Assembly (NCBI RefSeq): GCF_009914755.1
Contig: NC_060934.1
DNA from: the human T2T-CHM13v2.0 reference genome, Homo sapiens
Reading direction: 5' to 3' (one strand)
Length of the DNA: 64,000 bases
Shown here: in pieces, positions 1 through 12,709 of the stretch
How the letters are laid out: the number at the start of each line of letters is the position of its first letter
Position numbering within the stretch: position 1 is the first letter of the stretch
Translations under genes and position numbers: made by a program
The notes under the pieces: model-generated
Databases searched by the model: none
Told to the model about the DNA's origin: nothing
Seen by the model: only the letters and a program-made list of their open reading frames with translations

Positions 1-139
1 CCCCAATTTACAATTTAAATCTGAAACCTTCCCTTCAACACCCCTTAAACTTTTCTCTACTTTATTTCATAGTTAAATTTCCCAACATTTAATTATATTT
101 TACTCATGTGTTTCTTCATTTATTTACTTTCTTTTTCAC

Positions 140-262
140 TAAAAAGTAAATGTCACAAGGACAGGACTTTCTGTGTTCTTTGCACCCTTCTCTATTGCTA
201 GCAGCTAGAAACATGCCTGAAATGCAGTAGACACTCAGGGATGAATGAGGAATGGATGATGT
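140..262 (+). mobile_element. L2 LINE 3' end fragment
   Basis: aaagtaaatgtcacaaggacaggactttctgtg...ctagaaacatgcctgaaatgcagtagacactc...atgaatgag follows the L2 3' terminal consensus. Confidence 0.7.
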
Positions 263-1299
263 TCTTTAATGTTTGTCATAGGATTTACTTTTATACTCCA
301 TACTCTATTTTAATAAACCATTTCATGGTTTTTATAAACACCATTATAAAAAAATCATTTAATTTGCACTGAAATACTCCAATTTTTTAATGTGAATGAG
401 AAAAAAATTACCTCTATTGTCATTTTTAACAAGGAAATAATGGATAAGTAGTTTTATATTATGTACCTAAGCAAAGACATAGAAATGGGACTATATAGGG
501 TGAATATTTAGAGTACATTCATGGGTTAATAGTGAAATAAGTCTTATTGGATAAACAAAGTATGTTCAGGTTAGTGCCAGAAGCTAAAAAGAGGAGTATA
601 TGTTGTATTCAGAATTGTGGTAGCTTTGAATATGTGTCAAAATGATAGGACTCATTTTGGAAATATATTTATTAACTTGACTTTCAATGTGTAACAAGAC
701 CTGACCAAGGTATCATAGTTCATTTATTTGATTTTAGTTCACTAGAAAATATTTATTTATGGTTAGTTTAACAGAAACCTGTTGACAGTCATAATTGTCA
801 ATGAAAAAATTTTTCATTGACTAAGAGATATAAATAACATTAAGACTTAAATAATGTCCTAAGAGTTTTCCTCAGGGATGACTGGTTGTTTTCAAAATAA
901 TAACAATAATTATTATACCATTGATTTCTCTTAGTCAATAGTGTAAAACAAATGGTGACCTTTTCTTCATTTAACAGCTCAAAATAATTGGCTGTATATT
1001 AAAAGAATCTGACTGGAAATATGGCTTTCTATTAATCTTATTTATAATATCTGTTTTAGAACTTCAAAGCAATCATTTAAGGGTCAAAACATATTTGAAA
1101 AGCAATGGTAATTTTAAAATCAGGCAAGGACCTGGCATTCCTTTTCTTTATGTGTTTATAAGCTAAAACTAGAGCTTAATCCATCTTTGGTCTTGCATGT
1201 ATCAATGGAATTTATCAGAACAATGAGATATTACAATGTAAGAATGTGATTGATGTAATGACTTTACCTTCTATGCTTGTGGAATTACTTTTTGAAATT

Positions 1300-1974
1300 A
1301 TTTCTAAATGCACAGCTCAACAAACTATCACTAAACAAATATGTTTGAAAACTGCACCCACATCAAGGAATAGAATCTCAGAAGTCCTTCACACCCTTTC
1401 CTTTTTACCTAACATTCCCTATGTAAAGATGACTACCATGTTAATCACTTGATTTTACAGCCTTGCCAAGTGAGCTTGCATGTTAAAACACTATACTCTA
1501 GTTTTGCCTGTTTCAGGCTTCACAGAAATTAAATTATATAGAATGTATTCAATTTAGATTTTTGTCTCAATATTGTATTCATGAAAATTATTCTTGCTGT
1601 TGGAAAATGTGTTCATTTTACAAGTTGTGTAGTATTCTATTATAGAGTGCTTTTAAGCTTCTGCTTACATCATATTTGTTATTATCTTAATGGTCAAAGC
1701 AAGTTGCATGATCAACATAGATTCATGACATGGAAAATGGGCTTCACTTCTTGATGAGAGTTGCTGCAAAGTACTGTGGTCATTTTTGCAAACCACCACA
1801 TTATTGTATGTATATACTGCTAATTTGATAATATTTGCTTAGGATTTTTGAGTATAGGTTTTTATAGGAGGTAGAGATATAGACTTCTATTACTTTATGA
1901 GTTGGGGAATGTTCCTGGTTTTCTGCAAGAAGCACAACTTATTTACTCTTTTACCAATAATAAACATTTGGATT
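1300..1974 (-). mobile_element. Old L1 (L1ME-like) 3' region, interrupted at 1644-1926 by a locally copied segment
   Basis: gttttgcctgtttc...aaattatatagaatgtattc...tgtagtattctattata, resuming after the insert as cacaacttatttactc...aaacatttggatt. Confidence 0.6.
1644..1926 (+). repeat. Local direct duplication, copy A of 3669-3941
   Basis: agagtgcttttaagcttctgctta...gttggggaatgttcctggttttctgc occurs at both positions with long identical blocks. Confidence 0.95.
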
Positions 1975-3290
1975 TGTATCAGTCATGATTGGCTGGGTTA
2001 CACCAAAGTAACAAAATTCCCCAAGTCTCAGTGGTCTAAACCAATAAATGCTTGTCCACTGCAGGTTGGCCAGTGACTCACCCTCATGATGGCATCCTTG
2101 CTCCAAGGTTATTTGGGCAGAGCAGCTGTCTGGAATGTTGACTGGTAGCCAGTGGTAGGGAAGAATGGGGATGAAGCTGGCAAAGCATGTGCTAGCTATT
2201 AAAGTTGCTACATGGAAAAGACATGTCATTTCTAATCGCATTCCACTGACCAAAAAATGCCACGTGGCCTTGCATGACTTCAAAGAACAATGGAAGTAAA
2301 ATCTTCCAGAAAAGAGGTCAACTGGATTTTGGAGAAAAGTAATGTAGTCTAGCAGAGACTGTCCTTCATTTCTCCAAATACTTGGTTTGTTCAGGTTCAC
2401 ATAACCAGAACATAATCATCTTCATGCTAAGGGAGAAAATTCAAAAGTTCCAAAAAGTTCCTATTTTGAATTCAAAGTCCACAGTGTCTCCTAATGTGAG
2501 TTAATCTCTGTGTCAGGTTAGGATGTGATTCTGCTTAATCCAAGAACTAAAAACTTCTGTGGAACATAAATATAAATAAGATACTACTAATAAATTCTCT
2601 CTTTGTATAAGGGAAGAACAGAACATACATATCAGCCATTAGTCCATAACAATTATTAGATTTTCCTAGGCAGGTACTGAAATTGTCCCTATATTCAGAA
2701 TGGGTAATATCCTTTGAATAGACTCTGATTCTGGTCTCTGGTTTTGGATTTTTTTCTCTATAATCTTACTTGGGCCTTGTATCCTCCCTGCTGGAGGCCC
2801 TTAATTTTTTATCATTGTCTTTGGCTTTATCTGAATAGACCTTTGTAGAAAATGCCTTGTTTTCTCTATGGCTTTCTTAGCTAACTTTCTGCTTATTTGA
2901 GCTTGGGGAAATTCCAAAAGTTGCTTCAAGTTTTAAATAACTACATATGCTTTAAGCTGGGAATTTCTTTAGCAATATGATTGTCTCAATAATCTTCTAT
3001 ATTTGATTCCAGTCAACTCCACACGTTAATAGCTACATAGTCCTTTTTTAGGCATATTTCTTAGATTTGTCATCATTTGTTTTGTTTTTGTTTTTTAATC
3101 CCTAGGTGTCTCTCTATTTTAGACACACACCTCTCAACTCTATTTTAGATAGTCACCCAGATTCCCATTTGGTAGGCATCTCTTTAATCTCTTTTTCCTA
3201 AGATATTTTTATAAATTTAAGAAATGAGTTCTCAGTGTTTTATTAATCTAATCAGTGGTTGTGATGCTTGTTTGAATTGACTCTTGCCAA
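1975..3290 (-). mobile_element. MLT1 (J/K/L-type) MaLR LTR (about 1975-2345) with probable internal-sequence remnant
   Basis: tgtatcagtc...gtaacaaaattccccaagtctcagtggtctaaacc...cattccactgaccaaa...cacgtggccttgcatgacttcaaag; the assignment of the internal part is weaker. Confidence 0.55.
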
Positions 3291-3374
3291 CAGAATAAGT
3301 CTAATACAGGTTCAGTTAAAACTCCTTTGCATCTCTGAGATGAAACCAACTTGGTTATGATATAATTTCAGAAA

Positions 3375-3813
3375 GATAGCAATAGTGGCTTAAAACGAAA
3401 GTCATTTATTTAGGCCATGATTTTCTGAGTAGCTCTGATCTGGGATTGGTTTGACTGATCTGAGCTAGGCTATTTTGTGTCTCTGCAGGCAATTTTCAGT
3501 TTGGCTGGGGTCTCAAGGTCCTTGCATAACCTTCTATATCTGGCAGTTGGCAGGCTGACAACGGGAGCAATAGAGGTGACTTGGCTATGTGTGGCTTATC
3601 ATACAGTAGCAAATACAGGTTTGTCCACAAAACAGCAGTACTTCAAGAGTAGCAAGCTCCAACATTTGAGAGTGCTTTTAAGCTTCTGCTTATATCGTAT
3701 TTGTTATTGTTGCAAGTTGCATGATCAACATAGATTCATGACATGGAAAATGGGTTTCACCTCTTGACAAGAGCTGCTGCAAAGTACTGTGGTCATTTTT
3801 GCAAACCACCACA
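3375..3813 (-). mobile_element. MLT1 (H/I-type) MaLR LTR
   Basis: agtggcttaaaac...atttattta...gactgatctgagctagg...gagctgctgcaaagtactgtggtcatttttgcaaaccaccaca. Confidence 0.65.
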
Positions 3814-3941
3814 TTATTGTATTTATATATTGCTAGATAAATTTGATAATATTTGCTTAGAATTTTTGAGTGAGATTTTTATATGAGATAGAGACAAACT
3901 TGTATTACTTTATGAGTTGGGGAATGTTCCTGGTTTTCTGC
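3669..3941 (+). repeat. Local direct duplication, copy B (probable donor of 1644-1926)
   Basis: Here the segment is continuous with the MLT1 LTR and runs into its flank. Confidence 0.95.
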
Positions 3942-3950
3942 CATCTAAAA

Positions 3951-4047
3951 TACAGTCTCCAACTTCTAATAGTTCTACATATGATTTTTCAATGTTACAA
4001 TCAGTTTAACAGGAAGTAACCCCATCAAAAGTCAAGAAGCATGTATA
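3951..4047. mobile_element. Short Tigger5/MER47-type MITE (both termini joined)
   Basis: cagtctccaacttctaatagttctacatatgatttttcaatgttacaat joined to gtaaccccatcaaaagtcaagaagcatgta, with TA flanks. Confidence 0.55.
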
Positions 4048-4099
4048 CTTTGTGTAATAACAGCATTATTTCTTCCTTATACATTTGAATATATTCGCA

Positions 4100-5720
4100 G
4101 TTTACTTTTAGTTTTTGTTTGCATGATATGTCCTTTTCTATCTTCTTATATTCGAATTTATGTATTCTTTATGTTTAGATGTGTAACTTGCAAATACCAC
4201 AAAGTTAGCTTTAAAAGCAATCATCCTGATGGTCTTTATCTTTCATATCTTATCACATACTTATATGATAAATAAAAGGGACATTTATCCCCTTTACTTA
4301 TCATATAGTAACCAGAATGTAGTGCTTTCTCTTTTCCTATTTGATCTTGATTTGTCTCATAAGTTGTATGTTATTTTTTCTCTTGCTTCTGGTCTTCTAT
4401 ATAATTAGGCATTTTTATTTCCCTTTTCTTTCCTCTACTTACTTGGAAATTATACATTTTAAACATATTAGTGGCTACCTAAAAAAATACAATGTCCATT
4501 TGTCACTTATCAGAATCTAAATTTAATCTGTCATTTATCCTATCACTGGAAAATGTAAAAACTTAAAACACTTTAACTCCATTTACTACCATCCTATTCC
4601 CCACTTTGATTTTACACTACTGTATTCCTGTGTTTTAATTGTGTATTTTAAATACAAAAAATAGTGATACGTTAGTTAAATTCACTTAGATGTATGAAGA
4701 TATGTAGCATTTTTGTTGCTCTTTCTTCCTTCTAGTATCTCTGAAATGTCACATTATCTTTTTATACTTTAAACCCTCACCTTTTGCATTATGTTTACTG
4801 AATGTCTGCTGCTTATGAGCTCTTCATTTTTTGTCTAAAATTTTCTATTTCATCTTTATTCTTTCAGAAATTATTACTGAGAATTATTCTTTGGAAGTTA
4901 TTTGCTTTATTTCCATTGTCTATGCCTTTCATTATTTCTGTTGAGAAGTCAGCTGTTAACCAAACTTGTTGCTCATTTGAAAGTAATCTATCTTTCTTAG
5001 GCTGCTTTTAAGATAGTTTCTCTGTCTATACCTCTGGGCAATTTCTATGATATACTTCCTTGTAAACTTTGTTCTGTCTTCCTCTCTTCCTTCCTAACAT
5101 TCTTACTTCCATCTTTCCTTCCTTTTGTAAACATATTTTAACTCATATAATATCTTTAATTTGTAATATAGTGTATTTCATCAGTTGTGGAAAGTTGATA
5201 GTGCCGATCTTGGTAAATATTACTTTTATAATTTCCCCTTATCTTATTGTAGAACTCAAATGATACAAATGTTAGAGCTTCTCACAATATTCTCTTTATC
5301 ACCAATTCTACATGTTTTTACCATTTTATCTCTTTATGTTCTATTCTGATTATTTTTTCTAAACTATCTTTTAATTTCTTATTTTCTCTTTGACATTTTC
5401 TAATGTTACTATCTAACCACTGATACTTCATTTAGTTACTCATTTTCAGTACCACACTTACAATTTTGTCATTTTTAAAATAATTTTTATCTTTCCTATG
5501 GAAATAAAAAGATCTTAGTATCATTTTGACCACAGTAGAATAATCATTTAAAGTCTGAGTCTCTATACCTAGAAATCTGGAAGATTTATTTCTATTTTCT
5601 ATTAGTTTTGCCATTTTTTGCTCATGTTGTTGGTCTTCTTGGGTGCCTGGTTATAGCATATAAAGTGTCAGATATTAAAAACTGTATTTAGCAAAAACTT
5701 GAATACTGGAATGATGTTTT
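4100..5720 (-). mobile_element. Old L1M remnant (ORF2 5' end and ORF1 region)
   Basis: T-rich strand with tgtttgcatgatatgtccttttc, ttatttctgttgagaagtcagctgtt and ggtcttcttgggtgcctggtt. Confidence 0.65.
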
Positions 5721-6509
5721 TCATCTTATGCCAGTAAGCAAATACATTGGCTACTTTCAGGTAGCTGGTAACTAAAAAAATTTAGGTAACTTCAGATGTC
5801 ATTTAGAGAACAAAATGAGTCACAGCAAAACTACACTGACCTCAGTGTGTTACATTTTAAATGAAACTTGTAATCAGCTCAGCGATCCAGATATTCTTAA
5901 ACCCCTATGAGAGTGGAAGTGATTGAGGTTATCCAATATTTTACCCTCATCCCTAAACGGAAGTGGGATTAATGACTATACATCTTGGTTCTGTGCACTG
6001 CTTCCAATTTCTGTTGCTCTTAAAAACATGTTAAAAAAAGAAAGGAAAAAAAAAAAAACATTCACATTCGCTGTGGGAGTTGAGTGTGATGCCTGTACAA
6101 GATTGCATTCTCCCTGCTGGAAAGATATTTGCTGTTCCATTGGTTCTCTGTGAGGTTCATTTAACACTGTGTAGCAAATCTCTTTATGTCCAAAAAAAAG
6201 ATATGCCAGCCCTAGGCATATTACTTCAATAGAATGATTTATAACACTTTAGGATCTGCAACTTAATGGAGTAAAACTTTTCTCACAATACCCTTAACTG
6301 AGAACCAAGTCTACATCAAAATGGTTTTCGTAAACCTCACACATTAACAAGCTTCATTACTTCAGAAATTTGATTTAGGATACTCACAGAAGCAAACAGT
6401 AGACCACAAGCTGCACTCAGCACTGCACTACTCACTAAAATGAAGAGCAGTGTTTTACTGAGGGATGTCCTTGTTACCAAAGACCCATTTATTTACTGAG
6501 TGTCAATTT

Positions 6510-6625
6510 GAGAGAATTATAAGCACTCAGAGAGTCATGTCCATTTTGTCCATTGGGTGTCTCCATCAGCTGGTACATAGCAGATTTTCAACAAATTTCA
6601 ATGACTGGCAGGAATGCCTTCCTAC
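6510..6625 (+). mobile_element. L2 3' end fragment
   Basis: agaattataagcactcagagag...tgtctccatcagctggtacatagcagattttcaacaaatttcaatgactg. Confidence 0.5.
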
Positions 6626-6654
6626 TATCTTCTATCTATCAGCCAGTAGAACAG

Positions 6655-6760
6655 ACGTCCCAACTCACACAGAAGGGTGTCCATCTGATTTTTAGAGGCC
6701 TCCAGGAAAGGCATGCCACCACCACCCCTCAGAAACCTTTTCCATATCTCCCGGAGTCCA
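6655..6760 (-). mobile_element. L3/CR1 fragment
   Basis: Minus strand GAGGGGTGGTGGTGGCATGCCTTTCCTGGAGGCCTCTAAAAATCAGATGGACACCCTTCTGTGTG resembles the CR1/L3 ORF2 end. Confidence 0.45.
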
Positions 6761-7544
6761 GCTGGGTCCCCGAATGCAGTCTGTTCACCAGCTGCTACTG
6801 CTTCCCACTTATCTGGCCAGAAATGCACTGGCTATTTTCCATTTCAGCAGGCTCACTCCTTAATCATTTCTAGAACAGCAAAGGGGGTGTTGGAAATATC
6901 CTCCCTAATCTCTCTTGCAATATTTAAATGTATCTAATTTCAAAACACTGAAAAGGTTAAAAAAAATCCATAAAACAACTCTTAAATAAATTCCATCTGA
7001 TGGCTTGAAAGAATCTTTTCACAATGAATTCGTAAGAAGGTGAAAATAGAATTCTCATTTAATTTTTGCTAGTATGTCCAGATTTCACAATAGGATGAGC
7101 TTATTTTTGGCTCCAGATTTACATGATTGTTCTCCTCAGCATTTTCTTTCTTCTATTTAGGCAAAGGAAGTTTGTGGCTTGCATATTAGAATTGAAATAT
7201 TTACAATTAATTTAAGTTGATGTAATAAATTTTAGTTCATTTAAGTTCTTATAATTATTGCCTTGTTGTAGAAAACCTGAGATCCTCTGTCTATGAAATT
7301 TTGAAAGGCAACTCTAGGGATTTTCAGAAATAAATAATATATACGACATCTCAAAAGAAGTGTTAAAGCTCTTGAGTTACAGATTTCATATCTCAGAAAT
7401 TTTAGTTTTTACTGGCAATATAACCTGTTTTGTATCCAAAAGATGATGAAACATAGGAAAGTTTTACTGCAAAAAAAATCACTAGTTTTATCAACATCTT
7501 TGGTTTTTAGTTTTTTGGGTTTTGTTTTTTTTTTTTTTTTAACA

Positions 7545-7645
7545 ATAAACGCTCCATGTAAGTGTAGGATCTCTATTTTGTTCATTGACGTATCCCAATC
7601 CCTAAAAGAATGCTGGGCACATAGTTAATGCTCAATACATACAGA
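7545..7645 (+). mobile_element. L2 3' end fragment
   Basis: aaacgctccatg...attttgttcattgacgtatcccaatccctaaaagaatgctgggcacatagttaatgctcaata. Confidence 0.7.
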
Positions 7646-8055
7646 AATGTGATTCTGTTTTTCCATTTATTTCTCAAAAGTGATTGATTGGAAGTAGGCC
7701 TTCACAAGATGGTGACCAGGCTCAGGAAGCTGTTTCCTAAATTTAATTTTATATATATCACAAAATCATAAAACAGTCTTCAAAGTTATTCTGCCAGTAG
7801 CATAAGGACTTCCTGGATGTGGGAATGCAGCTAAGTCCTGTGAAGCACTGAACTCTCAGAGGCAATCGGCCTTTGCATTGTTCACTCATTCCTCAGTGAA
7901 TACCCTCTTCTCTTAGATAATAGCTCTTGATAGGAAAAGCCTACATTTTCATAACTGGTATGTTGAACACATAACCCAGCAAATTTGATAAATGCAATTT
8001 TATTGCTTATTTCTCTCACTACTTTGTAAAAAATTTAAATTAAGTCAACAATGTC

Positions 8056-8839
8056 TTTTTTTTTTTTTTTTTAGTATTTATTGATCATTCTTGGGTGTTT
8101 CTCGGAGAGGGGGATTTGGCAGGGTCATAGGACAATAGTGGAGGGAAGGTCAGCAGATAAACATGTGAACAAAGGTCTCTGGTTTTCCTAGGCAGAGGGT
8201 CCTGCCGACTTCCGCAGTGTTTGTGTCCCTGGGTAGTTGAGATTAGGGAGTGGTGATGACTCTTAAGGAGCATGCTGCCTTCAAGCATCTGTTTAACAAA
8301 GCACAACTTGCACTGCCCTTAATCCATTTAACCCTTCGTGGACACAGCACATGTTTCAGAGAGCACGGGGTTGGGGCTAAGGTTATAGATTAACAGCATC
8401 CCAAGGCAGAAGAATTTTTCCTAGTACAGAACAAAATGGAGTCTCCTATGTCTACTTCTTTCTACACAGACACAGTAACAATCTGATCTCTCTTTCTTTT
8501 CCCCACATTTCCCCCTTTTCTATTCGACAAAACCGCCATCATCATCACGGCCCGTTCTCAATGAGCTGTTGGGTACACCCCCCAGACGGGGTGGCGGCCA
8601 GGCAGAGGGGCTCCCCACCTCCCAGTCGGGGCTGCCGGGCAGAGGGGCCCCCCACCTCCCAGAGGGGTGGCGGTCGGGCAGAGGGGCTCCCCACTTCCCA
8701 GACCGGGCGGCCGGGCAGAGGCACCCCCCACCTCCCAGACGGGGTGGCGGCCGGGCAGGGGCTGCCCCCCACCTCCCGGACAGGGCGGCTGGCCGGGCGG
8801 GGGCTGCCCCCCACCTCCCGGACAGGGCTGCTGGCCGGG
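8056..8839 (-). mobile_element. 5'-truncated SVA (older SVA_B/C-like): poly(A), SINE-R and partial VNTR
   Basis: Poly-T followed by tatttattgatcattcttgggtgtttctcggagagggggatttggcagggtc (SINE-R); GC-rich VNTR units at about 8575-8839; TSD taagtcaacaat(g/t)tc at 8041-8055 and 8840-8854; older-type diagnostics acatgtgaac and ttatagattaacagcatc. Confidence 0.95.
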
Positions 8840-9356
8840 TAAGTCAACAATTTCTTTTGCTCTGAATGTAAGATTGGGTAAAATCCCTAGTTTTTCTTTT
8901 TACTATTAAATAATAGATATCATATAGCAATTTTATATCACAAAATATCAGAAAATGTAGCATGATCTACTAATGAGAATGAGACCAGTTAGTGCATTCA
9001 CATGCATTTCAGTCTTCATTCAACGCTCATACTTCTTCCTCTGTCCCAGTGCCACATTCAGATGCAAACAAGAGAGACCCCTGCCTGGATACAGGGCCTC
9101 GCATACCGAAAATCATACGACCTCATGCATTTATTAAAGAATGTATGTGTGCCTCTGTCATGGAGTCTGTCACTCAGTGCTGGCAAAGCTTGATCCATAG
9201 CCCTAAACATCCACTCTTGTGATTAATACCATTCAGGCCACGGTGAAGTAGTTTTCCAAATGCCAGGACAATTTAAGAGTTGTATCATTACTGATGTCAG
9301 AGATGAACACTACCTGGGATTGCAGGGAATGTTTACACAATAGAAATGCTTGAGTC

Positions 9357-9680
<324 letters not shown>

Positions 9681-10521
9681 GCTTGAGTCAACTAATACCA
9701 TAGATTAGAAACATCTTCCTAGAAGCATTTGATAGACAAGGTTTCTTCTACTCGCAAATACTATTCTTTTGTTGGCCATAAATCTGTTATTAACATATTT
9801 ACAGGAGATTATATTTGGGTCACTTATCCCTTCTACTCCAAGGCCACCCTGAGATCTGAAAATGGGAAAGAAAGAAATTTCAGGCCAACCGCTTAACCCC
9901 TTCTTTTCCAGTAAGAGAAAATACAACTAATTTGTCAAATATTTTCTCTCAAGAAACTATTAACATACTTGATTTTTTTACATAATGAGGTGTTGCTTTC
10001 CAGTAGTGCCAAATTTCTATTTTCTTGCCTTCCTTCACATTCCAGTCAATGCCGGTAGAAGTATTCATTAATTTAAATGGCATTTACAAAAGCCAGTTAT
10101 GCATAGTGAATGAGGACTGTTTTGTAGTAATAAACAGTTCAGAATAGTCTTAAATGTTCAACTGATTGATGGATAGATGATAAAGAAATGAAGAGATAAA
10201 AATGGATCTAGCATTTGTGAAATGTAATGCCAACCCTTCACAATATTGTATACCTCTGGATATTTGAGAATAAAAACATAATTTATATTATATCTTAAAA
10301 TATTTTATAAATTTTCCACTATAATGACAATATATTATATTAGGCCCATTACAGTATTTAACATAACATATTATCATAATTTCATTCTTATTTAAATATT
10401 GTTTTAATAATTTTATTACCTTAAAGTTGCTACAGTCAGCCAAGTGAAGCTTCCCTAAATTGAAGTAATAATTTAAACACACAAAAAATCTGTCCATTAT
10501 AATTCCAGAAAGGTTGTCTAA

Positions 10522-10929
<408 letters not shown>

Positions 10930-11296
10930 TTATATAAAAATAGATAATATGTAGATAGTGTTTTTATTTTTAATTATTCATCCTAACATTGCTAGCCCAG
11001 CTTCTGAGCACCCAATCATGAATAATGGTAGTTAATTCTATCTTCTTTGATCTTGTGCCATCTTCCAGATAAAATCACAGATTTAAACACATTTGTTAAG
11101 TATAATCATCATACAGAATTTGTCAAAGTAGAAGAAGAAAACATTTTATTTCACAGTTAACTTGACGTATAGTAACTTTTAAATATTTTGGCCTATGTAA
11201 CTGCGGTTTTTGCCTTTTAAAAGTAATTGTATTATATGCAGAACACACATATATGTATGTGTGTTGATGCATGTGTGTGTATATATATAATTATGT

Positions 11297-11301
<5 letters not shown>

Positions 11302-11333
<32 letters not shown>

Positions 11334-11540
11334 TAATGAAATCTATTGTAAGGAATTTGTTCATGTGATTATGGAGGCTGAGAAGTCTCATAGTCTGCTA
11401 TCACATATGGAAACCCAGAAAGTCAGTGATGTAATTCAGTTCAAGTCTGAAGGCCTAAGAACCAGAAACCATGGATGGTGTAAGTCTCAGCTCAAGCAGT
11501 CATGCAAACAGTGAATTCAACCTTCATCTGCTCCTTTTGG
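11302..11540 (-). mobile_element. (TG)n microsatellite followed by MLT2 (ERVL) LTR fragment
   Basis: aggaatttgttcatgtgattatggaggctgagaagtctc...gtaattcagttcaagtctgaaggcctaagaaccag. Confidence 0.75.
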
Positions 11541-11717
11541 TAACTGGTATCTATCATATTGGTGCTATCATAATACTCAGACACAACTGGATTTTAAAAT
11601 CCTATTACACCTGTTAAAAAGTTAATTATTGAATTCATTTGACACTTTATTCTAATGTTAATGTACAATATATAGAGTCATACAGTGATAATGCTAGAAA
11701 AGCCCTTTGAAAATAAT

Positions 11718-11850
11718 TAGGTTTCTTAGCAAGCATTGCCTATCAGCAGAACCCAGGGAGCATTACAAAAATACTTATGAGCAGGCCCCAATCCTAGAGA
11801 CTCTGACCCTAAAGCTCAGAGGGGGACCTACACATGCAGCCTTTTTCATG
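11718..11850. mobile_element. MER5-type hAT-Charlie MITE fragment
   Basis: cagaacccagggagcattacaaaaatacttatgagcaggccccaatcctagagactctga. Confidence 0.5.
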
Positions 11851-12709
11851 GTTTTTGCTTGTTTGATAGTGTAGTTATTTCTCATCTGGCAAAAGTCACA
11901 CAAGTAGGAAAATATTCTGCCAAAAACAGTGTTAGAAGAAATCAGTAAATTAAAAGAGCAGGACAGAAATTCCCCATGTTGCTTTAAGATAGGAAAACAA
12001 GCATGTGCTGAAGAAATACAGTAATTCTTGAGTCTATAAAGAAGTCATTGAGTACTAAGGCTGTCAGCATTTGCAGTCTCACCAGATGAGTAATCCTCCT
12101 GGCTTGTGGCTCACAGGACAAATTAGCTGTTACAATCTACTAATAAAGTAATACCTGAATGCTAATTTAGAGAATTTGATTTGCAGTTAGGTGTCAGTCA
12201 TTTTTCTTTTCTCATAATAGTAATATCATAGGTGAAGACAATGTACATACCTGCATTACTAGAGGGACATGAAAGGGACCCATAATGGAGCAAACACTGA
12301 AGTTCTTAAAATGAATACATTCTTACAGTAAAGCGTATGTGCTCTCTTCCCAACATTCTCAGTAAAACAGCAATTTTTCTCAGAGAATTAAAAGAACTAT
12401 GCTCAATATCTTACAGAACAACCCACATTCTTGAGCTCATTTCCAGATATACCAATTGTCTGTCTGACAGCCCAAAATCCTAGAGATGTCCCTAGCCTGT
12501 TTGGCAAACTTTATTTTTAATGAAAGCTGACAGATTTCATTTATAAATGGTCTTAATGATAAAATGTAGCAAACTTCAAACTAGTTAATATTAATATTAA
12601 CTTTCAGATATTTACAGATGAAAAATTAATATCAGTCAGCCCTGATTTCTATTGTTCACAAATTAATGATTGGTGTCCATTCAGTCTGCTTAGGCAGACA
12701 CTTTTATAA

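Noticed and set aside
6625-6828. Protein-like 67-aa minus-strand ORF (MHFWPDKWEAVAAG...)
   Set aside because: Its middle matches L3/CR1 sequence and it ends at an L2 remnant; GTG start and no recognisable homology
8545-8909. Overlapping Pro/Gly/Arg-rich ORFs
   Set aside because: Stop-free frames of the GC-rich SVA VNTR
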